From the NCBI RefSeq assembly GCF_964355755.1, contig NC_092676.1, forward strand, positions 3,635,888-3,699,887: a stretch of 64,000 nt of DNA, in the 5' to 3' direction. How positions within the stretch are numbered: the first letter of the stretch is position 1; each line of letters starts with the position of its first letter. The notes below the pieces were generated by a model. The model had not been told where the DNA came from and searched no databases. It worked only from the letters and a program-made list of their open reading frames with translations. This document shows positions 36,218 through 48,943 of the stretch, piece after piece. This DNA comes from Antedon mediterranea. Lineage: Eukaryota > Animalia > Echinodermata. The position numbers were made by a program, and so were the translations under genes.

Positions 36218-37299
36218 TTATGTCATACAGTAGATGTACAGCCTCACAGAGATTAATTATATTATTGTGGCGTGTATTTGTATTATTTATGTTTTGGAAC
36301 TCTGGGTATTTTGTGGGAGTATCTCCAGCACCTCCTTGTATTGTATACATCGTTTTTACCAACTCTCGTATAAGCCCATAGGCTTATATCTGAAGAATAC
36401 CAACATGGTTTGTGGACAATTACTTAAGATTTGGAAATGGGTTTATACTAAAGTGTCGTAAATGGTATCAAATGTGTTGAAATAATGAAAATATATTACT
36501 CTTTTTTTTTTCTGTGCGCTTTTATAATTGGTTTATACTTGTGTCGTCGTGGTATGAAATGCTTTGTAATAAAGACACTGTTGAAATAATAATGTAATAT
36601 TATTCTTCATTCATTTTTTTCTGTGCACTTTTATAATTGGTAATTAAATATTCGTGTTCATTATGTTTTCGCTGAAGATCACAATCTAATATAAAAATAA
36701 TTCATTCTTGCGGTTTTTTAGAGGAATAAATAATTTGCGGTGTGGTTTTTTATGAAAAATATTTATGTTTTTCTGGCGGTAAAACAGATCACACTATTAT
36801 GATAATTTGTTTTTATTCTTATAAATCTTGATGAACATCCTGTTATTTTAAAAAACGTTTCCTTATATAGTATTTCTTTTTCTCAAAATTCTACAAGCAC
36901 GCCATTTCCTATACCGATGATTATTCTAAATTTTAGACAAATCAGGAATCATAACAAAAATATTTTACTGTACTGTTACTGCAGTAACATATGAATTTGT
37001 AGATGTTTATGAAGCCATCACTGCAATGATGAGTAAATGTAATAATAATTACTGTACCTTGAAAAAAATTGTAAAGTAAAAGAGTAAACAAAATATAATT
37101 ACTGCAGTAGAATAATTTTGAAATGGTCCCTAATGTTTCTACAAAAACTGTATCATAATAAACACTCATTTTTCCCTTTACTTCAAGTCTTCTAAGTCTT
37201 TGTTTATGTAGAGCATCTTGTGTATATGTTTGTCTTGTGAAATTTTAAATAGTTTATCCATCCTGTAATTGGCGGGTTACTCGCTGTTGGATGAGTATG

Positions 37300-37330
<31 letters not shown>

Positions 37331-37611
37331 TTTCCCTTTACTACACATAAGAATACTATGAACAACTGTATAGAAAAAAAATAGTTTTATTTTATTAAAA
37401 ATTATAAGACAGTAAATCCAGAATTACTTTAAAAATTGAAATGTGCTAAATGTTGTTAATTTCAATAATCAAATACCCGATACAAATTATTAAAATAACT
37501 TTAGCTTATAGATTCCAATCATAAAGTGAGGTATTGATACCAAGATATGTTAGTGTTAGTAAGGTGAATTTCTTCAATTATAAAAAACATAGTTCTTATT
37601 CTGAGGTGTAA

Positions 37612-37741
37612 AGATCTCTACACTATCAAACTAGTTTGACAAAAGTGATGCGCCCAAATATGGTAGTGATATAACATCATCATGTTCATATATGGGCACA
37701 TTTTTTTGTCACATAAAGTTAAAGATAGTGTAGAAAGAGCT
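37612..37741. mobile_element. MITE family A copy (diverged)
   Basis: CTACACTATCAAAC...GATAGTGTAGA termini with the shared internal GCCCAAATATGGTAGTGAT. Confidence 0.75.
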
Positions 37742-38254
37742 CAAGTTAAAGGCACCCTGGGATTACATCTGAACAACTTGGAGGAACGTACATGCAACCC
37801 AACACACTTAATTCAACAATGGGTGGCTAACAATATGTTAACATTATTTTTAGCTTACTTGGGGCAATAAATAATTTGTTCTTAAGACTCGTTCCAAGCG
37901 AAAAAGAGCGGGTTCTTTGTCTTAATAATAATAATAATAATATTTATTCGGTCATCAATGTAAAAATAACCAGGAATGAGAATAGGCTAAAGCCCAAACA
38001 GATTCTGCACTCACTCCATAATGAGTGACGGTTAATTTTAGATCTGATTTTTCAGCCTGCCTAAAGAAAAACTATCGGTACCCATTTAAGGTATCTGTCC
38101 TCAGGGTAAAGAAGTAGTAAAATATTTTACAGAAGATAAGATAACTTTGCTACTAAATTTGTATTAATTAAAAATGTAATGAAAGACTAGTGTATTAACT
38201 AGTAAGGCCTATATACAAATATTTAGCAGACTTTCCGACCCCTGGGTCATAAAA

Positions 38255-38475
38255 TAACCACTGTGTCAAAAAATGACCTCTGTGTCATAAAATTACCTCT
38301 AGTTCATTAAAAGACCTCTAGTTCATAAAATGACCTCTAGTTCATTAAATGACCTCTAATTCATAAAATGACCTCTAGTTCATTAAATTACCTATGGTTC
38401 ATTTGTGTCATAAAATGACCCCTGGTTCATTAAACGACCTCTGGTTCATAAAATTACCCCTAGGTCATAAAATTA
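38255..38475. repeat. About 20-bp minisatellite AAATGACCTCTAGTTCAT(T/A)A
   Basis: About 10 tandem units. Confidence 0.8.
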
Positions 38476-38597
38476 AATCAAATTTGTCATGTATAACGCC
38501 TACTATTGCACCAATTTATTTGCCATTCACCATCTTATTTTGTGCATTATCCATACGTCGTTTTCTTCCTTAATTTTGATGCAATTTAAAAGAAATT

Positions 38598-41500
38598 TCA
38601 CCACAAAGCATCTTTGCTTTTTGTTGCCTTTGCCATTTCTAACAGTGCCTGCGAAGAATTGAAGAAGAATATTATTATTAAATTACATTATTCAACAAAT
38701 TCAGATTATATTCAATTTAATTTAAGTAAAGAAAGCCCTCTATAGATTAAGCAAGTAAGTACTCGTTGGACTGGTCTAATACGTTTGGTTTTCTAAAAAT
38801 GTTGGACCTTAAACCTCAAGAAAGGTTTTAGGAGGGTTTACAGTTTTGATTTTTTTTTAAAGTTTTTTCTATAAAACACCCAGTTAAAATACAAAAATGT
38901 TTATGGTAAAGATGTACACAAACCACCAGTTATCTAGTGGCATGTCTACCATCAAGCAGAAGATTCTAGGTTCAAATCTAAGTTGAGGCAGATTTCATCC
39001 CTTTACAAGCATATTATAAGAACAAATTATCATTTTTCATTTTATTTGTTCCTATTATTATTTTATCAAAATATATATCACAAAATGCAGATTATAGTAC
39101 GAAATTGTGGTTACATTGTTGTTCACAATGGGTTGTGGTAATTAAAAAACAAAAACAATTGAAATATTAAAAACGAAGCGAATCATAACTGGTGTGTGGT
39201 GCACTATCATTAAAGTGTAAAACAATACCACAAACAAACAAAAAACAAAAAATGAATAAAAAGAAAATTTGAAAAAAAAACAACCAATCATAAAATGGTT
39301 GTATATTGTTTGTTTAAAAAAAAAATTCAAGGAATTTATCAATTATAGAGTTCTGTGGTGCTGACGTCACGACGGTAGGTGGCGCTGCGTGGTTGCTAGC
39401 TAACCAAAAAATGCATTCAAACTGCCTGCGTGACTCCAAATAATTTGATAGAAATACAGATCTACTGTATATGGTTTATCAACACAATAGCGTTGAACGC
39501 ATTTTTTGGTTGGCTAGCAACCACGCAGCGCCATCTATATGACGTCACACTGCAGAACTCTATAAACACATTTTAATAACTGTTCCTGGTTCAATAATAT
39601 ATTTTTAAATGTATATGATTTAATATATAAGTGACATAAACTTTGCCATGATTTAGTTATCCATGTTTTGTGTCTGCCCAAAATCATTTGTCGTGTTTCA
39701 GTTTTGCATAATTGTTATGTTTGGCAATAAAAAGAAAAAAACAAAAGTAAACATTTGAATCAGTCACTTTCATATAAACTTTAATATTCACGATATTGGA
39801 ACTTGATTTTAGTTTACTCATTTTCTTATTTTTTCAGGTAAATAAATTTTGTTTAGATCCAGTTTTTGGTCAAACTGGATAACAATTATGTGACAATAAA
39901 ATGGCATGGCATCTTCATGGGTAACAAAAGACACAAAACCATGTAAGCATGGTCTCTAAAAGAAACAGAACTGTAAATGTTCCTCTCCACCCAACTCTAA
40001 CAATAGAAGAGTACATTATAGTGTGGGTGGTTATTTTTCCAGGTCATTAGTGCTTTACATTGTCTACGTGTGAAGTTGTGTTTTTAGTTTTTTAAAAGCA
40101 CCAGTTTAAAGATAAAAATTAATATTTTTATGTCATTAAAAACTTCCAAAATGATTAGTTTTGGTTAAGTTTTGGTTAAAGATGTATTGTTCCCCAAAAA
40201 CCTGAAAAATAAAGAATAATAAAATCAGACTTTGAATAGGTAATTTTGCAGTTTTAATAATGTTATTCACTTCTGTAGAAAAAAAAAATTTATTTCACTT
40301 ATAAAAAGAACAAATTAATTTTAACCAAAACCATTGTCTGACAGGCATATTTTTTGCTTTAGATTATATTTTTTCAGAATTTTTTTTTTTTTTTTTTCTG
40401 ATCCAGTTTTTGGTCAAAGTGATAACTATTAATGTGACATTAAAATGGCATATTCAACAAAACAATTATTTAGGGAGAAAATACATCCTCAAAAAACATA
40501 CTTTCATCTTTGCATCCTCCTTCTCTTTATAATCTTTCACTTTTTGTTTCGCTATCAACATTTTCTTTTCTTCGTGAGCCTCTCTATTCCGCCGCCTGGC
40601 AGCCATCCTTGCCTGAAAATTATCACTGCAAAATAATGAATTGATGAACTATGATAAATCCAAATAAAATAAACTACGATACGTGAAATGAATTGAAATG
40701 AAAACCATATTATATTACCATATTTTTGACAACATGGACCTAGTGTTCAATATTTTTTGTTCAAGTATTTCTGTAGAATTAAGATAATGTATTCTGTATA
40801 TTATTTTATATAGAAGTTTCACAATTAAATTTTGTATTATTATATCGTGTGTTATAAAAATTTGTTTTAATAGTTTTTTTTTCATTTTTCATTTATTTGT
40901 TTGTTTTGCTAAATTTTCCACACACATCAAATAACAGAACATGTACATTCTAATAAAACATAGATTAATTAATCAGAATTTTTAACTTTTATACAATCAG
41001 AATGTTCAGATAGCAATTGCATTTTATAACACTTTTGTTAACATCTTATTACTGTATTGCATATTTTTCTAAATTTGTTTATGTCGGTTTTATTGTATCG
41101 TCCTAGTTGACAGGGGCTGGTCAAGCACATCACAAGATGACAGTTTTATTACTTTTGCTTTTCCGCTACTCCCCTGTTATACTTTTTTTTTTTTTTTATG
41201 TAGAAAGATTGAAAATAAATAAATAAATAAATAATTATAAATTAGATTAAGAGAAACATGAGTGTCGATGGAGGTCAAATAAGTTCAAAGAACTTTAAGG
41301 CTGACCCCCATTTGAAACATTACAAACATTATAATTATAAATATGTGATAAAAAAGATAATAAAAAAGTAGAAAAAACATGAATTAAAAAAATAATAAAT
41401 AAATAAACAGAGTAGTTATCGGATATGGGATAAAAAGCAAATATGCATATGGAAATATTTAAAATCATGGCACATATTATAATAATAATAACAATATAAT

Positions 41501-44305
41501 GGAAAAAAACGACATATCAGATTGTGTATGTCAGACAATTACTCACTATATGTACAGACAGAAAAGAGATTTCTTGAGGGTATATTTAAAATTAGCAATG
41601 GACGGTTTTTTTTTAAAATTCAATCGAGAGAGAATTCCAAACATTAAACAAATTTCAGGCAAAAACTAGAAAAAAAAAAGAATTTTAAAAATATAGAATT
41701 ACAACCCAAAAAGCAATCAATACAGTAAAGGTCAGGCAACCTGAATTATTTCCTGAAAGATTTTCAGAATGGTTAATTAAAGAAAAAGAAAGAATTTCGA
41801 ACTGCTATATACTTTTAAGAAAAATAAAACTCTGGTTTTGGGAGTGTTTGTGGTTTTTTTATGCTGTCCAGTTTTAATTGTTCTAAAATATACAATTTAA
41901 AAAATGGCTAATTAATAATTTGATGTTATACCTGCTTGTTCCCATGACTATTGAATCGTGAAGGTCGGGGCTCTGCTGTCGTTGTCGTTTACTCTCCGCT
42001 CTTCCTATACGCTTCTCAATCTTCGCATCATGGCCTGTACCTCGTGGTGCTAATTCTTCCAACACCTAAATAAAGAGACCATTTGTTATTTATTTGTCTA
42101 CCAAGTGCTCTCACTTGCACTGATGGAGAGCTACTGTTGCCTGAAAGCTCTAATTTTTCTGGCTGTTTTACTTTATCGTTTTGATTTAGCTTTTTGCTTA
42201 TTTTATTTTCATTGAGATCCCACCACTGATAGTCACGGCATTGTCATTATTTTTAAAACACATATTTTTAATTTAGACTTTGATTAAAACATTTGATTGA
42301 TTTTGTACACAATTTTTAACATACATTTTTACATTTTATTGTTATTATTATTATTATTTTAAATTGAAGAAATACTGTTCCAAATGAGCAGTATAACTTG
42401 CATGTTTGTTTGTGTTTTTTTACTCACCATATTGTTGTGCTTTTTGAATTGCTTCCTTTCATATTTTAATCGTTTTCTTTCTTCTTCTCTATTTTCTTCT
42501 TCTTGAGCTTTTAAAAATGTTGGCTAAATCGAAAATAAATTATAGATTAATAAAGAAAAAAAAAGAATACAGAGATTCACTTCATGCAAGTCAAAACTTG
42601 AATCATAAACATTATATCATATTTTGTATTATAGAAATTGAATATTCATATAGAGAATTAAAAACATTTTATTGCTAATAAAAATAGTAGCGGCAGGGTA
42701 GAACTAAATTACATACAGGTAAAGTAGGGCCTTGTACAGGCCTTGCCAATCCTCCAGAAGGCATAGTAGGGCCTAACACAGGCCTAAATGTGTCGCCTGT
42801 GGGCATGGTTGGGCCCATCACCGGCCTAAATGTATCGCCTGTGGGCATGGTTGGACCCAACACCGGCCTAGAAGAATGTCCCGAAGATTCCCCTTGTAGC
42901 TCTTTTGTACCGTACATCGCATCAGAGGCAGCTTTTAATTGGCTACCAGCCTTTTTACCAAACGTCGAAAATGTTCTTTCTCCGGGACTTGTCATCGAAC
43001 TCCATTTTCCAATATTACTTCGAACCGTCTCCATATTTTTGTTATTGACAGTTGTAGCAAACTAAAGAATACAAAAACAAAGATACATTTTCAAAAATTA
43101 AAAAGAGTCCATGACTCATGGATTGAAATTTAGTGATTACTACAACTTAATATTTTTTTAAGACAAAGAATATCTCTTCTTTCTCATCATAGTGCCATTC
43201 AATACAACAATTCCTTATGTAAAGTTTCAATGAAAATAAAAACTAATTACAAAATAAATAAAACATTTATTTATGATTCATACAAACAAAAAATAAGAAA
43301 CTAGATAAAATCCGACGTCATTTGTCTTGGTAACCTTTTGTGCTTAACATACTGTAAGTACAACATGGTAAAAAACAGGGATTTTTTAAAGCTCTGTCTA
43401 CACTATCAAACTAGTTTGACAAAAAAAGTGTGATATATGTAGTAATATCATCATGTCCATTTATGGGCACATCACATTTTTTTGTCACATAAAGTTTTAA
43501 GTGTAGACAAAGCTTAATAGCAATCTTTATTATTAATAAAACCAATACCTTAATAAATATATTATATAAATATTATATTTTATATTGATAACAGCATTTC
43601 AAACTATTTTTATTTATTGCTTTATTTGTTTGTGAAATATCATATATATATCACTTTTAAAATCTTTTCTCAATGAATTAATTATTTAGTCAATACAGGT
43701 ATATAACCTTTAATCAATGTTTCTAAATCGTTAATTTTTCAGTAAGATTATTCCATAAAAAATAAACCATGATATTTTATTGATTTCATACCAAGGTTCA
43801 TTTTGAACTTTATTATTGCATACATGAAAACAGTCTTATTTGTGTAGCCACTCCAAAATCAAAGTAATTGTTTATTTCTTTGAAAAGAATATTTAATTTT
43901 TCAGGAAGATTATTCAATAATATGAACAATAAACATTGAAATTTTATTGATTTTATACAACGGTCCGTTTTGAACTTTATTATTGCAAACAATCCTATTT
44001 GTGTGGCCACTCCCAATAGTAGTAAATCAAAGTAAATACATGGTAAAAATTTTTTTTATTTCTTTGAATCTTTAATTTTTCAGGAAAATTATTCCACAAT
44101 ATGATTAATAAACATTGAAATTTTATTGATTCCATACCAAGGTCGTTTTGAACTTTACAGGACGTATCATTGCGTACGTGCAAACCGTCCTGTTTGTGTT
44201 GCCACTCCCAAAAGTAGCAAGTTAATGTATCAAACTTACCTTCCACTTATATTTAGTTTTTGACGAAGCCGACACGTCTGTTGTATCAATGCCATCATAG
44301 AATTT
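38598..44305 (-). CDS. 5'-incomplete multi-exon gene, SCI1 (style cell-cycle inhibitor 1)-like; exons 44305-44240, 43061-42717, 42523-42428, 42065-41932, 40625-40502, 38648-38598
   Basis: All junctions are GT-AG and phase-compatible. The protein reads KFYDGID..KYKWK|F..GPTMP repeats..|ERKQFKKHNNM|VLEELAPRGTGHDAKIEK..SPDL..MG..|DNFQAR..EDAKMK|ALLEMAK..LW*. The family name is from recollection of the motif. Confidence 0.78.
39346..39562. mobile_element. MITE with about 75-bp TIR
   Basis: TAGAGTTCTG..TGACGTCA..GGCGCTGCGTGGTTGCTAGC..AACCAAAAAATGC is mirrored at 39495-39562, with TA flanks. Confidence 0.8.
41255..41800 (-). mobile_element. Decayed CR1/L2-group LINE 3' fragment
   Basis: Minus strand gives a WNSLS..F..SIANFK..LKKSL-like terminus. 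The tail motif GATGGAGGTCAAATAAGTT recurs at about 26500. Confidence 0.45.
43390..43514. mobile_element. MITE family A copy
   Basis: Same TIR, TSD TAA. Confidence 0.82.
43725..44220. repeat. Three imperfect tandem copies of a unit of about 170 bp (intronic)
   Basis: TTTTATTGATT..TTTTGAACTTTA..GCCACTCC recurs three times. Confidence 0.7.
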
Positions 44306-45214
44306 CTATAAAGACAAATACATTTGCAAAACAATATTAATTATTTATTTTCTTTATTAAATTTAAACAGTATAAATATAAGTTTACTACTTCACAGGCT
44401 CCTGTCAAAGTCAATGATAAAACTAAACGGATATTTTTTCCTTGCATTTGATCAATTTGCTGTACTGTATAAACTTTCATCATACTCAGATCAAGTACAA
44501 ATTTACATACATACATGTATGTATGTAAATTTGATCCGAGCCCCGCACAACCTCCAACCTACAACCGGAGGCGTACGACGTCATCAACAGATGACGTCAA
44601 GAATGACCAAGCTGCATTAACACTCCGCAGTCAGTTGAGAAGGATCTCTGATAGAGATCGAAACGTTCGAGTAAGTACTCAGTTAACTTGTGCTTTTACA
44701 AAAACGAAATTTGTCATCTATACAAAATCAAAGCTAAATGAAATTCTTTCATGAATTTAACCTGTTTTTATGCAATCATTTAGCAAGCCTTGTTTAGGAA
44801 ACACACTTATAATAATAATAATTCAACAATTATTAGTTTCTATCAATGGTATAACAATACAATAAAAAGAGTGGTAATGTATAATGAGAAAATACAAAAA
44901 ATACCATTAATAGAGGATCTTGCAAGAAGAGATTTCTTGTCACGCAAGACCAATAAACAAAAAGAAAAAAATACTTTGTATATAATTATATATATAAAAC
45001 AAAAAAGTCATGACAACAAACAGTTTGAAGGTCTAGTTTGAGTACAATGATAATAAATGATTTTTACGAAAAGTTGGGAGAGATTACAGTGATTGCCTCA
45101 TGAGCGTTCGCATGTTATTTAAAAAATGCAGTACCTCCAAAAGAAAACAATTTAACAAAATCCCTAACATTTTCAAATTAAATATTCTATTAATAATTAT
45201 TATTCTATTGTTAA

Positions 45215-45372
45215 CGTTTTCCATCTTCCGACATTACGCTTTCCACAATTTGTTTCCATTTTTTTTCTGTTTATGGCAGGATGGTTTGTTATTGTGTTAG
45301 TGTTTACTAGTCCTTGTAAGTCTTTCTTTATTTGATTCATCCAGTTATTTCTTGGTCTTCCTACGGGTCGTT
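45215..45372 (-). mobile_element. RTE-type LINE C-terminal remnant
   Basis: Minus strand translates to RPVGRPRNNWMNQIRKDL. Confidence 0.55.
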
Positions 45373-46011
45373 TTAATTAATTATTAATATTTCTATTAAT
45401 AATAAAATTAATAATTGTGTTAGCTAAAAGTGTACATGTGTTTTCTAAAAAATAAACCTCTTTCAAAGAATTACAGTATCACTTTAAATAACAATAAATT
45501 GTGTACAAGTTATATATACAAATCCACATAATCCGTTTCTCTGATTGACTGAAAGTCGTTACTGCTTTAACAATAGAAAAGAATTGAAATCAAAATCTGG
45601 CAATTACATGACATTGACAGGTAATCATCTTAAGTCTGTATTTCCCTTTGATCTTTACAGCCTCATACCATACTTAAATTGCCATTAGGAAACAAGGAAT
45701 AATAATAGTGACGTAGTTACACTGAGATAATGCTCACTTGACATTCTTATCAGTGTATTTTGGTGGGAAAAGAAGGTCGTACCTTCCGGCCAGGACGTCT
45801 GAACAACATGTTCACATTGTCTTTTGTTCACCATTTTATCGCTGCGAACCTTGTCATGAACTTGTTTGTTGTCGCTTTTCACTGAAGACAATTAAATCAA
45901 ATTTCTACAGGAATGGTTCACTAGTATTTGTATGCCAGTTTGATTGTTGATGGGTTTGCTAAACTAAAAATTGCATCAAGTGAAAATTGATTTAGACACA
46001 AGTTGATTTTG

Positions 46012-47517
46012 ATGAGGAAGATGGCATTTTCAACCATATATGTTCTTGTTAGTTTGTTAAGCATTTATGCAGAACAAGTGGTCGGACAGCTGACACTAGG
46101 CCAGTGGCCTCAAACAATAACAACTGCAAGTCCAGGAGAAGATGTTACTTTGCCCTGTCAGATAATAGGGATCGATCATAAGAATTACGCAGTGATGTGG
46201 CTAGCTAATAGACAACCAATTGTTAGTAGCCAACCGTCATTAATTAATAAAAATCTTAATAGAGTTATAGTTGAAGATTTTAAAATGTCAATTAATGATG
46301 ACAGATTTGACTTAATTATCTCTATCAGTGATTACGTAGCTTCTAAATTCAACCTGTCTTTGTTTGTCTGCACGGTAGTAAAAAGTGACAACCCAAGCCA
46401 TTATCGAATACAAACATCAAATTCAACATTGCTTATAAAAAACTGGAGTTTTGAAGCGCCAACATGTTCCAATCAGCCGGACGATGACGGACGTGTACAG
46501 TGTCAGTATTCAATCAACCATTTAACGAACGGAAAATTAAGCTTTCTTGGGAATTTCGTACAAATTCAAACCACAACAAGAATGGTAAACAACTACACAA
46601 TTTTGGAATATGCAACAAATTTACAAGACGTAGACAAAATTGTTCTTTGCGAGGTACTGAATGAAATCTTAGACGAAACAAGAGGTTGTACGACAGGTTT
46701 GTTAAAAATAAATTTAAGGTCACCGTTAAACCCTACACAACCTACGCAAAATTCAGAGACAACTTCTACATCAGATGCAAGTACAACTTTGTTGCCGACG
46801 ATACCACCTTCAAGTACCTCAATAATTTGGATACTATTACCGGTAGTTGTTACGCTGATTATGCTCATATCTTTACTTTGTACCGTATGGTTTATTAAAG
46901 TAAATTGTCTTAAAAAGAAAATAGCTTCTAGAGAAAGTGTTAATAATTCTAGTAAAAGAGATAGCACATCGCAAAAACTACGACATGACTACGAAGATAT
47001 ACCAAATGACCATAACCAGTTAAACACAAACATTATGTACGTACACAATAACGAAGGAACACATGAATTACCATCAAAGAAAATGTCATTACCGCATGAA
47101 TATGAAGAGATCAAACCTGATCAAGCACAATTTGTTGAGAATTCAGGACGAAATTCCATAATTGAGAATTTAAACGATCAAATTCATGAGTACGCTGTGT
47201 TGAATAGAGAGAACGACGAACATTTTCAAGGTACTGTAAACATGACTGAAAATAAAGAACGCTGCAATGTGCAAATTATTAACGACTATGAAAGTTTGTG
47301 TATGGAAAACAAAACGCAAGAGAGTGATCTAGGTTACATAAACGAAGGAAGGCATGAATATGCAGTTTTGAATGCAGAAATTGAAAACAAAGAAGAAAGT
47401 CTAACCAGTGAATACAACAAACCAAATGTTCAAGAAATGAAGGAAGAATACTTATGGTGTAAGAATGAAGTTTACGAGTCATGTGAGGACCTTCAGATTA
47501 CCAACAATAAAACTTAA
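46012..47517 (+). CDS. Intronless divergent IgSF receptor (V-like + one reduced Ig, stalk, TM) with repeated (H/N)(D/E)Yxx(I/L) tail
   Basis: SPGEDVTLPC..W V-domain start, TM IIWILLPVVVTLIMLISLLCTVWFI. Tail has HDYEDI, HEYEEI, HEYAVL x2, NDYESL. The start may be 46021. Confidence 0.85.
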   Translation: MRKMAFSTIYVLVSLLSIYAEQVVGQLTLGQWPQTITTASPGEDVTLPCQIIGIDHKNYAVMWLANRQPIVSSQPSLINKNLNRVIVEDFKMSINDDRFDLIISISDYVASKFNLSLFVCTVVKSDNPSHYRIQTSNSTLLIKNWSFEAPTCSNQPDDDGRVQCQYSINHLTNGKLSFLGNFVQIQTTTRMVNNYTILEYATNLQDVDKIVLCEVLNEILDETRGCTTGLLKINLRSPLNPTQPTQNSETTSTSDASTTLLPTIPPSSTSIIWILLPVVVTLIMLISLLCTVWFIKVNCLKKKIASRESVNNSSKRDSTSQKLRHDYEDIPNDHNQLNTNIMYVHNNEGTHELPSKKMSLPHEYEEIKPDQAQFVENSGRNSIIENLNDQIHEYAVLNRENDEHFQGTVNMTENKERCNVQIINDYESLCMENKTQESDLGYINEGRHEYAVLNAEIENKEESLTSEYNKPNVQEMKEEYLWCKNEVYESCEDLQITNNKT

Positions 47518-48121
47518 ATACTTAATATACTGAGAGGTTGAGGGTTAGGGGTTGGGGGTTGGGATTGAAGGTGGTTAATTACAAGTTTTTACATTCAGCC
47601 AACATTTTAACCAATCTCAACCAAAGTATTGGAATACTTTATTTTATATATTAAATACAACTCTTGCTTTAAATAATCTTTTAGATATTGCTTATACTAT
47701 ATTATATGCTATACTATCTAGATTATTAATTTCATTATGTAAAATATTTTACTGTATGACATATGGATTATGTAACTTATTAAAATTCACACAGTATTTG
47801 TTCAACTCAACGGACTGATATTTTTAATCTTGTACTAAATTGAATAAAGAATAATATACAACTTCAAATCTCTGTCATTTTCATTTTCCAGAAAAAGTTG
47901 TTATAATTGAATGCATGATGATGAAATCATGCATAGCAATTAATTACTAAATTTGTGTAACAATGAGTGCACACATTTTCAACATGGGCTTCTTTTCAAG
48001 GATTAATGCAGTAACTACATTTTATTCATGCTTGTTTATACAATAGTTTATGTAATAATTCAGCAAGCTTTCTTTGGTAATTATGCAATAAAGACTGTTT
48101 ATTGCATGACCTTCTACCTTA

Positions 48122-48276
48122 AGCTTTGTCTACACTATCAAACTAGTTTGACCAAAACAAATTGGATATGCCCAAATATGGTAGTGATAACCCCAAATAT
48201 GATAGTAATATGACATCATCATGTCTATATTTGGGCACATCATCACATTTTTTGGTTTGATAATGTAGACAGAGCT
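48122..48276. mobile_element. MITE family A copy
   Basis: Same TIR, TSD TTA. Confidence 0.8.
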
Positions 48277-48943
48277 TTACATAAAACTAAAAATCATGTA
48301 AATATGCAGTTACTGAAGTAGAATAATATTGACACGATCCTTTTACGAGACTGTAATTGTCACATACTGACCAATGAGATATAATAAAATGTTTTGAAAT
48401 GATCAATATGTAATACTTTACGTTTCAGTATTAGAAATAGTACAAAAGGTCATTTATAATACATTTTCAATGTAGTGGTATATTCCTCACACAGTAGACT
48501 CAGACACTGGCTTGAAAATTATTAATTTTTACTAGAATTTTTGTTTTGATCAAGATTTTTGTTCAAGATACAACACAAGATGGATTGTGTTATTGGTTAT
48601 TGGCAAAGTAGGTTTGAAGCTGCAGAGATTATTTCAAATGATAGAAATATTTTGGTAAACCAGTATTGATAACATTGCTGAAAGTTTCTCAATTCTAGGT
48701 GATGAAATGAATTTCACACTTTTTATCAAAATATCATGTTTAATAGATTTTGAACCATCTTCTACTAGTATTAAAACAAAGTATATATGTTCCGTGTTTG
48801 AACCAAGCGATAAAGGTGTCCCTGTTGAAACAGCAATTTCATTGTTATTATACAGAAACATACATTTAGTTCTCCTTTGTGTGGAGACATCAAGACAACA
48901 GTTATCATTGGAGAAACATTATCATTAGGATGTTTCCCACCAG

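Noticed and set aside
42110-42240. CTGATGG..GAAAGCTC hammerhead-like remnant
   Set aside because: The core and stem II are too degenerate to support a call.
45738-45872. Minus-strand segment with acceptor, donor and one open frame
   Set aside because: No recognisable homology, and its apparent phase-1 end does not fit the phase-0 exon at 44305, so it was not called.
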